Part shown: one piece after another, positions 17,709 to 28,272 of the stretch | Layout of the letters: every line of letters starts with the position of its first letter | Numbering within the stretch: the first letter of the stretch is position 1 | NCBI GenBank assembly: GCA_963662795.1 | Contig: OY759746.1 | Location: forward strand, 2,208,001 to 2,272,000 | DNA length: 64,000 bases | Origin: Spirochaetia bacterium | Lineage (GTDB): Bacteria; Spirochaetota; Spirochaetia; CADAEX01 | Reading direction: 5' to 3' | The notes under the pieces: model-generated | Told to the model about the DNA's origin: nothing | Databases searched by the model: none | What the model saw: only the letters and a program-made list of their open reading frames with translations | Program-made: the position numbers and the translations under genes

Positions 17709-19154
17709 TTACATTACCGGTGAAAGAATTCTTATTGCTGAATTTCTGAATTTTCTGAATATCCCTGTTTTTTGGAGATATGCTCTTGTAACTGTTTCTG
17801 AAAATTCCAGGTCTTTGTAGAAAGAGGTAATCATTTCCCCTGCTATTTCTGAATCATATATAAGGGCGTTTATTTCATAGTTGATATGGAAACTTCTCAT
17901 ATCGAGGTTACAGCTTCCGATTGAGACTATTGTGCCGTCAGCAATAACAATTTTTGAATGCATAAACCCTTTTTTATATAAAAATATATTTACTCCTGCA
18001 TTTAAAAGGGGCTCGAAATAGGTGTGAGCGGCCCAGTATGGAATTAATTTGTCAGGGATACCTGTCATAAGGATATTGACGCTAATGCCGCTTAAAGCCG
18101 CCGTCTCAAGAGCTGTCATTATGCTTTGATCCGGAATAAAATAGGGAGTCTGGATATATATTTCCTTGTTTGCATTGGTAATCATTGTGAAATACATCTG
18201 ATGTATGGAATCCCACCTGGAATCAGCCCCGCTTGTTGCTACCTGAATAGGCATTTCTGTCGCTGCAATAGTATTTTCAGGAAAATATTTTCTGTCGAGA
18301 AGCAGTTCATCACCGCTGTTATACCAGTCTACGAGGAATACAGACTGAAATATACTTACGCTTTCACCTATAAGCCGGATCTGGGTATCTTTCCAGCTTT
18401 CAAACCTCCTGCCGCCGGAAATATATTCGTATCCGACATTCATCCCTCCCGTATATGCAATTTCTCCGTCAATTACGGCAATTTTTCTGTGATTACAGTA
18501 GTTTATTTTGATAATGGCAAAAGGGGCTGCAAGATCAAGATAATACTTGTATTTTATCCCTGCTTTTTTAAGTTCTCTTTTATACTTATAGGAAATCCTT
18601 CCAAAAGAGCCTACTCCGTCAAAAAGAAGTCTTATTTCAACACCTTCAGCTGCTTTCTTCAGCAGAATTTCTTTAATTTCTTCGCCAAGACGGTCCGATG
18701 TCCAGATAAAAAACTCAAGATGTATTGATGATTTTGCATTTTCAAGATCCTTTAATAAATCCCTGAAAAATTCTTCGCCTGTATGGTAGATGCTGCAGTT
18801 ATTTTTCAGAGTCAGAATTGAACTGTTCGAGTTCATCAGGAGGTTCATCAGTTTGTTCTTGTCGTTTTCAGCTTCATCGGACAGGCTTCTTTTTTTTAAA
18901 AAATGTTTCTGGTTTTTAAGTATTGTTTCAAGATGCGTGCTGAAAAGCGTGTCGGGGCTTTGTTTTGTAAGCTTTGTTTTTTTCCAGTTTATTCCAAACA
19001 GGACAAAAGTAAAAAGCCCGATAACCGGAAAAAAAATTATAAGCATTATCCATGAAATTGATACTTCAGGAGGCCTGTTGTCCAGAATAATGATGAAAAC
19101 AGCGATGACTGCATTTATCCAGAATATATAATTCAATATCTGAGCAGGATTCAT
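17709..19154 (-). CDS. cls: Cardiolipin synthase
   Basis: Two N-terminal TM helices and two HKD motifs (NHRKIAVIDG, MHSKIVIADG). Confidence 0.93.
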   Translation of the reverse strand: MNPAQILNYIFWINAVIAVFIIILDNRPPEVSISWIMLIIFFPVIGLFTFVLFGINWKKTKLTKQSPDTLFSTHLETILKNQKHFLKKRSLSDEAENDKNKLMNLLMNSNSSILTLKNNCSIYHTGEEFFRDLLKDLENAKSSIHLEFFIWTSDRLGEEIKEILLKKAAEGVEIRLLFDGVGSFGRISYKYKRELKKAGIKYKYYLDLAAPFAIIKINYCNHRKIAVIDGEIAYTGGMNVGYEYISGGRRFESWKDTQIRLIGESVSIFQSVFLVDWYNSGDELLLDRKYFPENTIAATEMPIQVATSGADSRWDSIHQMYFTMITNANKEIYIQTPYFIPDQSIMTALETAALSGISVNILMTGIPDKLIPYWAAHTYFEPLLNAGVNIFLYKKGFMHSKIVIADGTIVSIGSCNLDMRSFHINYEINALIYDSEIAGEMITSFYKDLEFSETVTRAYLQKTGIFRKFRNSAIRILSPVM

Positions 19155-19323
19155 GTTAATTCCTTAGAATAAACAAAATATACTACAAAACGTTAAGTAT
19201 TCAAGCATATTTTTATTGTTTAATTGTTTACAAAACAGTAAAAAACTGCTAATTTCTTAAAACCTGTTAACAGGAAATTACTGAATACTAATTATTATTT
19301 AATATAAAGGCAGGAAGTTTCAA

Positions 19324-19512
19324 ATGGCTCGAAGATGTGATATATGCGGAAAAGGTGTTCAAACCGGAAACAATGTCAGCCATGCTCATAATAAAACAAG
19401 AAGAGTGTGGAGACCGAACTTAAGAAAAATCAGGGGATATGTGGAAGGCAAACTCCGATCAGTTAAAATCTGTACAAGCTGTCTTAAAAGCGGCAAAGTA
19501 ACAAAAGTCTGA
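19324..19512 (+). CDS. rpmB: 50S ribosomal protein L28
   Basis: [10 protein letters not shown]...[19 protein letters not shown]...ICTSCLKSG. Confidence 0.97.
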   Translation: MARRCDICGKGVQTGNNVSHAHNKTRRVWRPNLRKIRGYVEGKLRSVKICTSCLKSGKVTKV

Positions 19513-19544
19513 CATATTTTCCGGCAGCTGAATCAATCATTTTT

Positions 19545-20354
19545 TCAAAAATTAATTTTTAATCCGTCCCAGGCAGGTCTCACATGTAAAGGAAGCTCTT
19601 TTTCCAGGGTTTCATGATCTATATTATGGCACATGTGAGTGAGATAAGCTTCTCTGCATCCTGTTTTTTCTATCATTTCAAGCGCCTGGTCAACTGAAAA
19701 GTGGGTGGGGTGCGGCTTGTATCTCAGGGCATCAATTATAAGTATTTCAACTCCTTCAAGTGCCTCAAACGATTCAGGCGGTATATAGCTGCAGTCGGTG
19801 AGATATGCGAGACTTCCTGCCCTGTATCCCAGGATATTATCTTTTCCGTGTTTGATTTTTACCGGTTTTATAATGATCTTATTTTCAGTATTTGTATTGC
19901 AGGCCTGTCCCGGATTGCCATCTGCGGGTCCTGCCTGTACAGTTAATTCTTCATCTTTTATTTCCTTGAATGCCAGTCTTGGTTTACCCCCACCGCTGCC
20001 TGCATCAGCGTTAATATAGCTGAAGCGCTTTTTTACATCGTTTATTGTTTCCGCATTTCCGTAAACAGGTATGGGGTTGTATCTGGAAAGGGGGCGGAGG
20101 TCATCAATTCCATGTATGTGGTCCGCGTGAGAATGAGTGAGGAAAACACAATCCACCTTATTTATTCCTTCCCTCACAGCCTGTAGTCTGAATTCTGTTG
20201 CTGTATCGATCAGAATGGAAGCTGTTCCTGATTCTATCCATACAGAAGCCCTTGTCCGCTTGTTTTTTTGATTCCCTGATTTACATACTGCACAGGCGCA
20301 GCCGATTACCGGAATGCCATGGGATGTTCCTGTCCCCAGAAATGTTAAACGCAT
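19545..20354 (-). CDS. MBL-fold metallo-hydrolase (PhnP/YycJ-like phosphodiesterase)
   Basis: FLGTGTSHGIPVIGCxCxVC, THSHADHIHGIDDLR, YLTD, HPTH, THMCH. Confidence 0.88.
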   Translation of the reverse strand: MRLTFLGTGTSHGIPVIGCACAVCKSGNQKNKRTRASVWIESGTASILIDTATEFRLQAVREGINKVDCVFLTHSHADHIHGIDDLRPLSRYNPIPVYGNAETINDVKKRFSYINADAGSGGGKPRLAFKEIKDEELTVQAGPADGNPGQACNTNTENKIIIKPVKIKHGKDNILGYRAGSLAYLTDCSYIPPESFEALEGVEILIIDALRYKPHPTHFSVDQALEMIEKTGCREAYLTHMCHNIDHETLEKELPLHVRPAWDGLKINF

Positions 20355-20444
20355 AGATAGGTTATAGCAGATTAAGCTCTGTTGTGCATCAATTCTGCTG
20401 CCGGTTTCAGGGGATAAATGACCTGAGTACCTTAATTTTAAAGT

Positions 20445-21968
20445 TCACACATAATAAATATTTTTCCATAAATATTTTCCTTTTTTAACTTCACCTGATT
20501 TTTCAAGATTTACAAGCGCTTCCCGTATCTCATCAGGCTGCCAGGTCTCAAGTGAGCAATAGCTTTCTGAAAATACCTGCCATATTTTTATGATACTGTC
20601 TGATCCGAATCCGGTTAATATCTGTGAAATCTCTTTCCCTGTGAGCTTCCTGTTATTGGCTCTGATAATCTTAATTATTTCATCCGCCCCCGCCGGGGCC
20701 TCAGCTTTTGTGCCGCGGCAGATATCACATCCGCTGCAGTATGGAATTTCATCAGAAAAAAAGGATAGAAGCTTCTCTCTCCTGCAGATTGCTGTGTTTT
20801 TCGCGTAATCAATCATCTGGTTCAGCCTTGAAAGCTGGAATTCTTTTATTTTGCTGTAAGCTGCAGATACATCCGCATCTGTTTTACCCATGGGATTACT
20901 TCCGGCCTGTGCAGATATATTGTATAAAAGAACTGCTTCTGATTGAAGCCCGTCCCTGCCCGCACGTCCTGATTCCTGGAGATAGGCTTCAACTGACCCT
21001 GGCGGGCCCCTGTGGATAACTGTTCTGATGTCAGGTTTGTCTATCCCAAGTCCATATGCACAGGTTGCAGCCAGAATACCGTTTTCAGATGAAAAAAACC
21101 ATTTTTCAATTTTTTCTTTTTCATTTTTCTCAAGCCCCGCGTGATAGAAGTAAACCTCGCTTTTTCCCAGAGATGATCTCAGCATCCTTGCCGTAAGCTC
21201 CGTGTCTGTTCTGCTTGTACAGAATATTACAAGCGGTTTTTTGCCCTTTTCCGCATAGACAGAGGTGTCCCTGTCCATGCAGATTGTCGGAACTACACTG
21301 TAGAAAATATTGCTCCTGTCAGGGCTGCCCGCGATTATGTTGACCTGGTTTTCTCCGAAGATGTACATTCTGATTTTATCGAAAATTGAGGATGTAGCTG
21401 TTGCTGTAAATGCAGTGATGCAGTCGGGTCTAATAATATCAATTATTTCACCTGTTTTTAACAGCGCATCCCTGAATGTCTCTCCCCATTCAGGAATTGT
21501 GTGGGCTTCATCAACGACAATATGGCTGATAACCGGATTACCGTTTTTGTCAGGGGAGAAACATGTTTTTGCAAGAGGATAAAGAGACTCGGGATTTGTG
21601 AGCAAAATCCTGCATTTCCCTGACCTGGCATCCTCAACTGCCTTGTTTTTTTCTGAGCGGTTAAGTGTACCTGTCAGTATTGATACATCGATTCCCGCTT
21701 TTTTAAGTCTTCTTTCCTGGTCCTTAACCAGGCTTAGAAGGGGGGACAATACTATCGTAGGTTTTTCAAGAAGGAGGGCCGGCAGCATGTAGCACAGTGA
21801 TTTTCCATATCCGGTCGGAAGTATTACTATCTGTCCCGGCAGTGCCTCCCCTGTTTTTTCAGCAGCGGAAAGTATATTTGAGATTACAAGGCGCTGGTAC
21901 GGATAAATATAACTGATCCCGAAAAAATCATGGGCAAGTTCATTGAGCCGGTCTTTAACTGAATCCAT
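20445..21968 (-). CDS. recQ: RecQ family ATP-dependent DNA helicase
   Basis: PTGYGKSLCY, DEAH, TATAT, YHAGL, QESGRAGRDG, Zn-binding CRR...CSGCDIC. Confidence 0.9.
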   Translation of the reverse strand: MDSVKDRLNELAHDFFGISYIYPYQRLVISNILSAAEKTGEALPGQIVILPTGYGKSLCYMLPALLLEKPTIVLSPLLSLVKDQERRLKKAGIDVSILTGTLNRSEKNKAVEDARSGKCRILLTNPESLYPLAKTCFSPDKNGNPVISHIVVDEAHTIPEWGETFRDALLKTGEIIDIIRPDCITAFTATATSSIFDKIRMYIFGENQVNIIAGSPDRSNIFYSVVPTICMDRDTSVYAEKGKKPLVIFCTSRTDTELTARMLRSSLGKSEVYFYHAGLEKNEKEKIEKWFFSSENGILAATCAYGLGIDKPDIRTVIHRGPPGSVEAYLQESGRAGRDGLQSEAVLLYNISAQAGSNPMGKTDADVSAAYSKIKEFQLSRLNQMIDYAKNTAICRREKLLSFFSDEIPYCSGCDICRGTKAEAPAGADEIIKIIRANNRKLTGKEISQILTGFGSDSIIKIWQVFSESYCSLETWQPDEIREALVNLEKSGEVKKGKYLWKNIYYV

Positions 21969-22126
21969 ATTTATATTAACATGCAGACAAGTCAAAACAA
22001 TTCATAAGTGCAGTTAAAACAGCTGTCAAAAATGTATTATCTGAATTTTTAAATATGGCGTATAACAGTTCGGTGAAAATATTAACAGTGCAAAAAATCA
22101 TTTTTATCGGCGCCTAAAGATATTTT

Positions 22127-22993
22127 ATGGGGACTATAATTTTGAAAGACAATCTGCTGGATATTTTTAAAAATCTTTTCCTGATAACAGGAGGGTGTGT
22201 TGTTGCTGCAATTGCCCTGAATGGAATCCTCATCCCTCATCAGTTTGTAAGCGGGGGAATAGTAGGTATCTCAATTCTGCTTAATTCTCTTTTTCCTATT
22301 ATTTCGGTTTCAATTTTTAATTTTATCCTGAATATTCCTATTTTCACCGCCGGCTGGATATTTGTAAGGAGACGGTTTTTTCTCTACAGTATTGCCGGTA
22401 TTCTCAGCTATACAATTGCCCTGCATTTTTTACAATTTATAATACCGGTACATGACAAGATACTTGCCGCGATTCTCGCCGGAATAATCTCGGGTATAGG
22501 CGGAGGGATGATCCTTAAGTCCAAGGGATCGGGCGGAGGTCTTGATATCCTTTCTGTTATACTGCTTAAAAAGTTCTCAATCAGGGTAGGGTCAACAATT
22601 CTCGGTTTTAACTCAATAGTACTTGTATTGGCCGGAATCATGTTTTCCATAGATTCGGCCCTTTATACGCTGGTTTATATTTTTGTTACATCAAAAATGA
22701 CGGAAGTTGTCCTTACAGGTCTTACCCAGAGGAAAGTTGTCTTTATCCTTTCAGATAAATGGAGGGACATCAGCGGTAAAATAAGGAAAGACCTTTCAAA
22801 AGGAATAACTGTTTTAAACGGTTCGAGGGCAGCCTCGGGGAAAGAGGCACATGTCCTTTTTACAGTCGCGACAGTCAGGGAATCTGTCAGGATAAAAGAG
22901 ATTGTAAACGAGAAAGATAAAAAAGCGCTTATTGTTATACAGGAAACTGTAGATGTCGCGGGACGGAGGATGGACAGCAGGCCTGACTGGTAA
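22127..22993 (+). CDS. YitT family membrane protein
   Basis: FVSGGIVGI, LNIPIF, GSGGGLDIL, C-terminal DKKALIVI domain. Confidence 0.85.
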   Translation: MGTIILKDNLLDIFKNLFLITGGCVVAAIALNGILIPHQFVSGGIVGISILLNSLFPIISVSIFNFILNIPIFTAGWIFVRRRFFLYSIAGILSYTIALHFLQFIIPVHDKILAAILAGIISGIGGGMILKSKGSGGGLDILSVILLKKFSIRVGSTILGFNSIVLVLAGIMFSIDSALYTLVYIFVTSKMTEVVLTGLTQRKVVFILSDKWRDISGKIRKDLSKGITVLNGSRAASGKEAHVLFTVATVRESVRIKEIVNEKDKKALIVIQETVDVAGRRMDSRPDW

Positions 22994-23064
22994 ATATCAA
23001 AAAAGAGAACTGCGGGGAAAGCAGCATCGGGCCTTAAAAGTAATCAGCTGCAATTCGGGCAGGT

Positions 23065-24621
23065 TTACTTTTTTAATCTAACCTTGTTCCCATCACCTGA
23101 TTCCTTGTCCTGTCCACAGACTGGATAGGGTGTTAAAGCAGATTCAGAAAACCGAAAAACCTGCCTCGACGTCTGCTGTATGGGAGACAGAGTTCCCGGA
23201 CCGCCGACGCATCCACCTGGACAGGCCATTCCTTCCACTAAATCCGGTTGAGATTCCCCCATTTGTATTTTACGAAGCATTTCCCGGCAATCAGAGAGGG
23301 TATCAGCTTTTTCAAACCGGATATCGGTTATCCCGAAATTTTTTTCAGCTGTATTAATGATTGCATTCCCCACACCGCCCGCATTTGCATATCCACGGCC
23401 CAGTGCGCTGGCATCATCTATGGGTTCCTCATTTTTTAAAGCAGTGAGATCTATGCCGAACGCTACGAAAAGCGCTGCAAGCTCTTCAAAAGTCAGAACA
23501 TGGTCAATAAACCCCGACACTTCAGCCGTAATTGCCTCAAATTTTTTGGCTATGCAGGGGCCTATAAATATAACCTTTGCTTCATCATTGGATTCTTTAA
23601 TCTTCCTCGCTGTTTCAACCATGGGCGTATAGCTGTCTGTAATATTCTCCGCCATGTCAGGAAAAAATGCCCGGGCAGCCATCACCCAGGAAGGACAGCA
23701 GGAGGTCCCTAAGAATTTCCCATGGTTATTTCGATACTTTTCTGTTAGCAAAATTGTATCACAATCCGCACCATAGGCTACTTCCATGGCTCTATCAAAG
23801 CCGAGTTTTTCAATACCGGTAAATATCATTTCTGGAGAGACTTTATTTCCGAACTGTCCGGGAAAAGAGGGGGCTACTATGGCATACAGAGGAGACTCGC
23901 GTTTCTTTTCCATTAAGCTGAAAATTACCTGAACTATCTCCGACTTATCTGAAATCGCTCCAAACGGGCAGGAGACAATGCATAAACCGCAGCTGACACA
24001 GATATCATGGTTAATCCTGGCAAAACCTTCATCATCTGAATCAATAGCTTCGACTCCGCATGCTTCCGAACAGGGTCTGACCATTCTTGTTATTGCCGAA
24101 TAAGGACAGACTTGAACACACCTCATACATTTTATGCATTTCTCCTGATCTATGTGGGCTTTTTTCTCAGGAAAGGAGACGGCATTGCGGGGGCAAACTA
24201 TTGAACAGGGATGGGCCATACAGGCCTGACATTTATCAGTGACAATAACTTCGTCTTCCGGGCATTTTTCACAGGCAGCACGGATCACATGAACAAGTGG
24301 CATTTTGATGATTTTTTTACTTGTAAATGCTTTTTCTATTCCCCGGGAGACCGGGATATTGTCTCTTTCCTCGATCAAAGGCAGACCGAATGCCAAACGG
24401 ATTCTCTGTTTTATTATGGAAAGTTCACGATAGGAGCAGCAGCGGTAGGTAGGTTTGCCCATTTCAATAATATTGAATGGAAGAGACTCGATTTCCAAGG
24501 GAGATTTTTCACCCAGGACGAATCGTGTTATTTCCATGAGAAGACGACGGCGTAGGTCTGTTACCGGAGTATAAACTCCCCGCATCCGTTCAAAAGCCCG
24601 TTTGACTCCATATTCCTTCAT
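23065..24621 (-). CDS. Monomeric [FeFe]-hydrogenase (group B-like) with several N-terminal 4Fe-4S clusters
   Basis: H-cluster motifs TSCCPSW, GPCIAKKFE, EGMACPGGCVGGPG; N-terminal YRCCSYRE and ferredoxin CxxCxxCxxxCP motifs. Confidence 0.9.
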   Translation of the reverse strand: MKEYGVKRAFERMRGVYTPVTDLRRRLLMEITRFVLGEKSPLEIESLPFNIIEMGKPTYRCCSYRELSIIKQRIRLAFGLPLIEERDNIPVSRGIEKAFTSKKIIKMPLVHVIRAACEKCPEDEVIVTDKCQACMAHPCSIVCPRNAVSFPEKKAHIDQEKCIKCMRCVQVCPYSAITRMVRPCSEACGVEAIDSDDEGFARINHDICVSCGLCIVSCPFGAISDKSEIVQVIFSLMEKKRESPLYAIVAPSFPGQFGNKVSPEMIFTGIEKLGFDRAMEVAYGADCDTILLTEKYRNNHGKFLGTSCCPSWVMAARAFFPDMAENITDSYTPMVETARKIKESNDEAKVIFIGPCIAKKFEAITAEVSGFIDHVLTFEELAALFVAFGIDLTALKNEEPIDDASALGRGYANAGGVGNAIINTAEKNFGITDIRFEKADTLSDCREMLRKIQMGESQPDLVEGMACPGGCVGGPGTLSPIQQTSRQVFRFSESALTPYPVCGQDKESGDGNKVRLKK

Positions 24622-24905
24622 GGCTGTGACTCCCGAATTCGCTGTACCCTGCTATGAAGTACATCGAGAATTACTTCGGGTTTTGCCTGTAGATATATAT
24701 CACCATCGATTATAACAACGGGGGAGTTTTGAGAATGCTCACATTTCATCTCAAGACAAGGTGATTCCCTTATGACACAGAATTCCTTGATATCTTCTTC
24801 TGATGACAGTACTTCAAGCAGGTGGGAAGCGCCGCGAAAAGCACAGTATGTACCCATACAAACGGAAACCTGAATCAAAGGCCTGTCAGTCTGGTCATCA
24901 ATCAT
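24618..24905 (-). CDS. Thioredoxin-like [2Fe-2S] (NuoE-like) small protein
   Basis: VCMGTYCAFRGA...CLEMKC...SPVVIIDG; overlaps the hydrogenase start (ATGA). Confidence 0.8.
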   Translation of the reverse strand: MIDDQTDRPLIQVSVCMGTYCAFRGASHLLEVLSSEEDIKEFCVIRESPCLEMKCEHSQNSPVVIIDGDIYLQAKPEVILDVLHSRVQRIRESQP

Positions 24906-25097
24906 TTTTACACCATGAATGAGCAGTTTTTTATCATAGGTTAATGGTGAATTATAACTATTTTATTGTCAAGGAAAGATTAATTGTACTTCTTCGAATT
25001 TTTAAAATAACATGAATTGATTAAAAACAGCGGTATTTTGAAAAATTTGAATTCTCCCTGAGGAAATATTACTTTTGATATAACAGCTTAAGGAGCA

Positions 25098-25400
25098 ATG
25101 ATGAGGTATAATATCTTCACTACACTCCCTCCGCCGTTTCTGGAACGTATAGAAAGAGTGAAGGCAGCATTACAGGCAGAAGGGTTAGGTGTACTTTCCA
25201 ACATTGATTTAAAGACAACTATGAAACAATACTCAATCCTGAAATCAGCAACATTGAATTTCAGATGTCTGTAATCCTCAATTCGTTTATAAGGTTTTGG
25301 ACACGGAAGTCTGAATAGAAAACGATGCTGCCCTGCGGTCCCCGGCAGATGAAACCTGAGGTCGCTGAAAGCGGGTCATAGGAGTACTTGTCCAGAAGTA
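25098..25400 (+). pseudogene. Disrupted DUF302-domain gene
   Basis: After AAGGAG: MMRYNIF...ERIERVKAALQAEGLGVLSNIDLKTTMK, then in other frames CNPQFVYKVL and MLPC with intervening stops; these are DUF302 hallmarks, and DUF302 genes are often found beside Cu ATPases. Confidence 0.65.
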
Positions 25401-25443
25401 AAGTACCAAATATGGATAGACTATAAAACAGGAGGATTATAAT

Positions 25444-27465
25444 TTGAAAAATAATGACATTAACCATGAACACAAGAATCATCAGAAACATGACCACAAT
25501 GCCCATCACCGAATGATGATCCGGGATTTTAGAAAGCGATTTTATATAACACTGTTATTGACCTTGCCTGTCCTGGCGCTATCTCCCCTTATCCAGCAGT
25601 TTCTCGGATTTTCGTTTGGATTTTCCGGCTCCGGATTTGTCGTTTTTGGTCTGGCGACGATTATTTTTTTCTATGGAGGCTGGCCTTTTCTTTCCGGGCT
25701 TGTTAAAGAGCTGAAGGATAAGAACCCTGGAATGATGACCCTAATCGGTCTTGCCATAACTGTAGCCTATGTTTACAGCGGTGCGGTAACATTCGGGCTC
25801 GACGGAACCCCCTTTTACTGGGAACTTGCAACCCTGATTGCCATTATGCTAGCCGGGCACTGGATTGAAATGTCCTCGATACTCGGTGCCTCATCCGCCC
25901 TGGAAAAGCTGGCCAAACTGATGCCCAGCGGGGCCCATCGAAAGAAAGAAGATAAAGTTGAGGATGTTGCTCTTTCGGAAATTCAGAAGGAGGATGTTCT
26001 CATTATTAAACCGGGAGAGAAGATTCCCTCCGACGGGGTAATCGTTAAGGGTGAAAGCTATATCGACGAATCCATGCTCACCGGAGAATCAAGACCGGTA
26101 AGGAAGGGAAAGGATGACAAACTGATAGGCGGTTCTCTGAACGGTGACGGTTCTCTGGAGCTTCGCGTTGAGGGGGCTGGTGATGACTCTTACCTGAACA
26201 AGGTGATTAAGATGGTAGGAGAAGCCCAGTCTTCAAAATCCAGAACTCAGGCCTTTTCCGACCGCGCCGCGTTTTGGCTGACTATTGTCTCCCTAACAGT
26301 TGGTATCACGACATTTGTTACCTGGTTTCTGGTGGGGAAAGACCTGCAGTTCGCCATAGCCCGGATGGCTACGGTTATGATTATTACATGTCCTCATGCA
26401 CTGGGATTGGCGATTCCCCTGGTGGTCGCAGTTTCTACTGCCAAGTCCGCCCAGAACGGTCTGCTTATCCAGAACCGCACAGCCTTTGAAAATGCCAGAA
26501 AGATCTCCACAGTCATCTTTGATAAAACAGGAACCTTAACCATGGGGACATTCGAAGTCACCAATGTTGATATTCACGATAAAAAATATAGTGAGAAGGA
26601 GTTGCTCGCCTTTTCCGGCGGAGTTGAATCCCTTTCAGAGCATCCCATTGGAAAGAGTATTGTCCTGCGGGCGAAAAAGGATGGGATAAAACTTCCTGAG
26701 GTTGAGGATTTTGAGGCAGTCAAGGGGAAGGGAGTAAATGGTACTGTGTCCGGTAAGAAGATACAGATTGTGAGTCCCGGCTATCTTAAGGAACAGAATC
26801 TGGATATCCCCGAAGGGGCGGAAAGTAAGGGCGGAGTCACCAGGATATTCGTTCTTGTCCAGGGAAAAGTTGCCGGTTCCCTGGCCTTGTCAGATACTAT
26901 CCGACCCGAATCTTACCAGGCAATTAAAACTCTGCAGAAGCGGAATATAAAATGCTGGATGCTTACCGGTGATAATAAGGAAACAGCAAAAGCTGTAGCC
27001 GATGAACTGGGGATGGATGGTTTTTTTGCAGAAGTACTGCCTGATGAGAAACAGGCAAAGGTAAAAAAGCTGCAGGATCAGGGGGAATATGTGGCTATGA
27101 CAGGGGACGGAGTAAACGATTCTCCTGCTCTTGTCCAGGCACAGATCGGGATAGCTGTAGGATCCGGAACGGATATTGCCGCATCATCGGCGGATATTAT
27201 CCTTGTAAACTCAAATCCCCTGGATATCACGGCATTGATACTGTTCGGCAAGGCCACATATAAAAAGATGGTTCAGAATCTGATCTGGGCAACCGGATAT
27301 AATGTTATTGCAATCCCTCTGGCGGCTGGTGTTTTATATAAAGCAAGTATAGTTCTGTCGCCTGAAGTAGGAGCTATTCTGATGTCGATTTCTACGGTAA
27401 TTGTTGCAGTGAATGCACGACTTCTTCGGGTGGAGAAAGAGGAATTTAAGGAGGAAGGAAAATGA
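25444..27465 (+). CDS. copB: Copper-translocating P1B-3 ATPase (CopB type)
   Basis: His-rich N-terminus, TGES, CPH, DKTGT, SEHP, GDGVND, YN...MSIST. Confidence 0.9.
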   Translation: MKNNDINHEHKNHQKHDHNAHHRMMIRDFRKRFYITLLLTLPVLALSPLIQQFLGFSFGFSGSGFVVFGLATIIFFYGGWPFLSGLVKELKDKNPGMMTLIGLAITVAYVYSGAVTFGLDGTPFYWELATLIAIMLAGHWIEMSSILGASSALEKLAKLMPSGAHRKKEDKVEDVALSEIQKEDVLIIKPGEKIPSDGVIVKGESYIDESMLTGESRPVRKGKDDKLIGGSLNGDGSLELRVEGAGDDSYLNKVIKMVGEAQSSKSRTQAFSDRAAFWLTIVSLTVGITTFVTWFLVGKDLQFAIARMATVMIITCPHALGLAIPLVVAVSTAKSAQNGLLIQNRTAFENARKISTVIFDKTGTLTMGTFEVTNVDIHDKKYSEKELLAFSGGVESLSEHPIGKSIVLRAKKDGIKLPEVEDFEAVKGKGVNGTVSGKKIQIVSPGYLKEQNLDIPEGAESKGGVTRIFVLVQGKVAGSLALSDTIRPESYQAIKTLQKRNIKCWMLTGDNKETAKAVADELGMDGFFAEVLPDEKQAKVKKLQDQGEYVAMTGDGVNDSPALVQAQIGIAVGSGTDIAASSADIILVNSNPLDITALILFGKATYKKMVQNLIWATGYNVIAIPLAAGVLYKASIVLSPEVGAILMSISTVIVAVNARLLRVEKEEFKEEGK

Positions 27466-27698
27466 TGAATGGCTGGGGAACCGGATGGGGGATATTTCCC
27501 TTTATATTGACTGCAGGATTAATTGTCGGAGGCTTCTTTTTTGTCAGATGGATAATCCAAAAATCCGGTAAAAACGGATTAATCGGAAGAGAGCCTGGCG
27601 CTATGGAAATACTGAAAAAACGATACGCAAACGGAGGAATTACCAGAGATGAATACCTGGAAATAAAGGCTGCTCTTGAGGAAGAAAATAAATCATAG
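27462..27698 (+). CDS. SHOCT-domain membrane protein
   Basis: One TM helix followed by AMEILKKRYANGGITRDEY. Confidence 0.8.
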   Translation: MMNGWGTGWGIFPFILTAGLIVGGFFFVRWIIQKSGKNGLIGREPGAMEILKKRYANGGITRDEYLEIKAALEEENKS

Positions 27699-27710
27699 GA
27701 CAGGTTGGAT

Positions 27711-28140
27711 GAATGGATAAATAAATTTCGAATAATAACGAAAGGAATGATGGTTTTTGTTTTTTTGGCATGTAGTTTTTCTCTTCTTGCTCAGGACACA
27801 GGTACATACGGGGGATTGATGAAATAATCAGAGAAATAGAAAAAAACCAGAGTGTGGAAGGTATTTCTAAAATCAGCATTGAAAAAGAGAATCCAAATCT
27901 TCTCGAAGAGCAGGGAGATTCAGTCATGGAAGAGGTAATCGGGAATCAATCCAGCTATGAATAGATGGGGACGAGGTTCTGAACGGTTTTATCCCCTTTA
28001 CCGATTTTTAGGCTATCAGTATATACAAAATGAAGGAAAAATTAAGTCCTTCGGGTTGGGGGATGACATGGGTCTGGATTTTAGGATTGGTTCTGCCTGC
28101 CGCTATTAAGATGGATAGTATTGATGCTCTGACAAAACAA
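27711..28140 (+). pseudogene. Fragmented remnant(s) of an exported hypothetical gene of the copper locus
   Basis: Protein-like + frame IDEIIREIEKNQSVEGISKI...LLEEQGDSVMEEVIG broken by stops and frameshifts, preceded by a signal-peptide-like stretch. Confidence 0.4.
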
Positions 28141-28272
28141 TCGGCTATCACCGTCAGAAATGAAGCATATGAAAATGATCCCATAAGGTTTACTTGGTAG
28201 ATTTACTATGTAAGTTCTGAAATACATTTCTTAGCCTTTTATTGACTGGATGACATATCAGAGCAACTACAA

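Noticed and set aside
19545-20354. PhnP-like hydrolase as part of the pbfA phosphonate module
   Set aside because: Separated from it by cls and rpmB, co-oriented with recQ, lacks the operator, and this MBL subfamily is a widespread housekeeping gene.
22070-22090. Rex-like box (GGTGAA-AATA-TTAACA) upstream of yitT
   Set aside because: Only a partial match to TTGTGAA-N4-TTCACAA in AT-rich DNA, with no second convincing copy at the hydrogenase.
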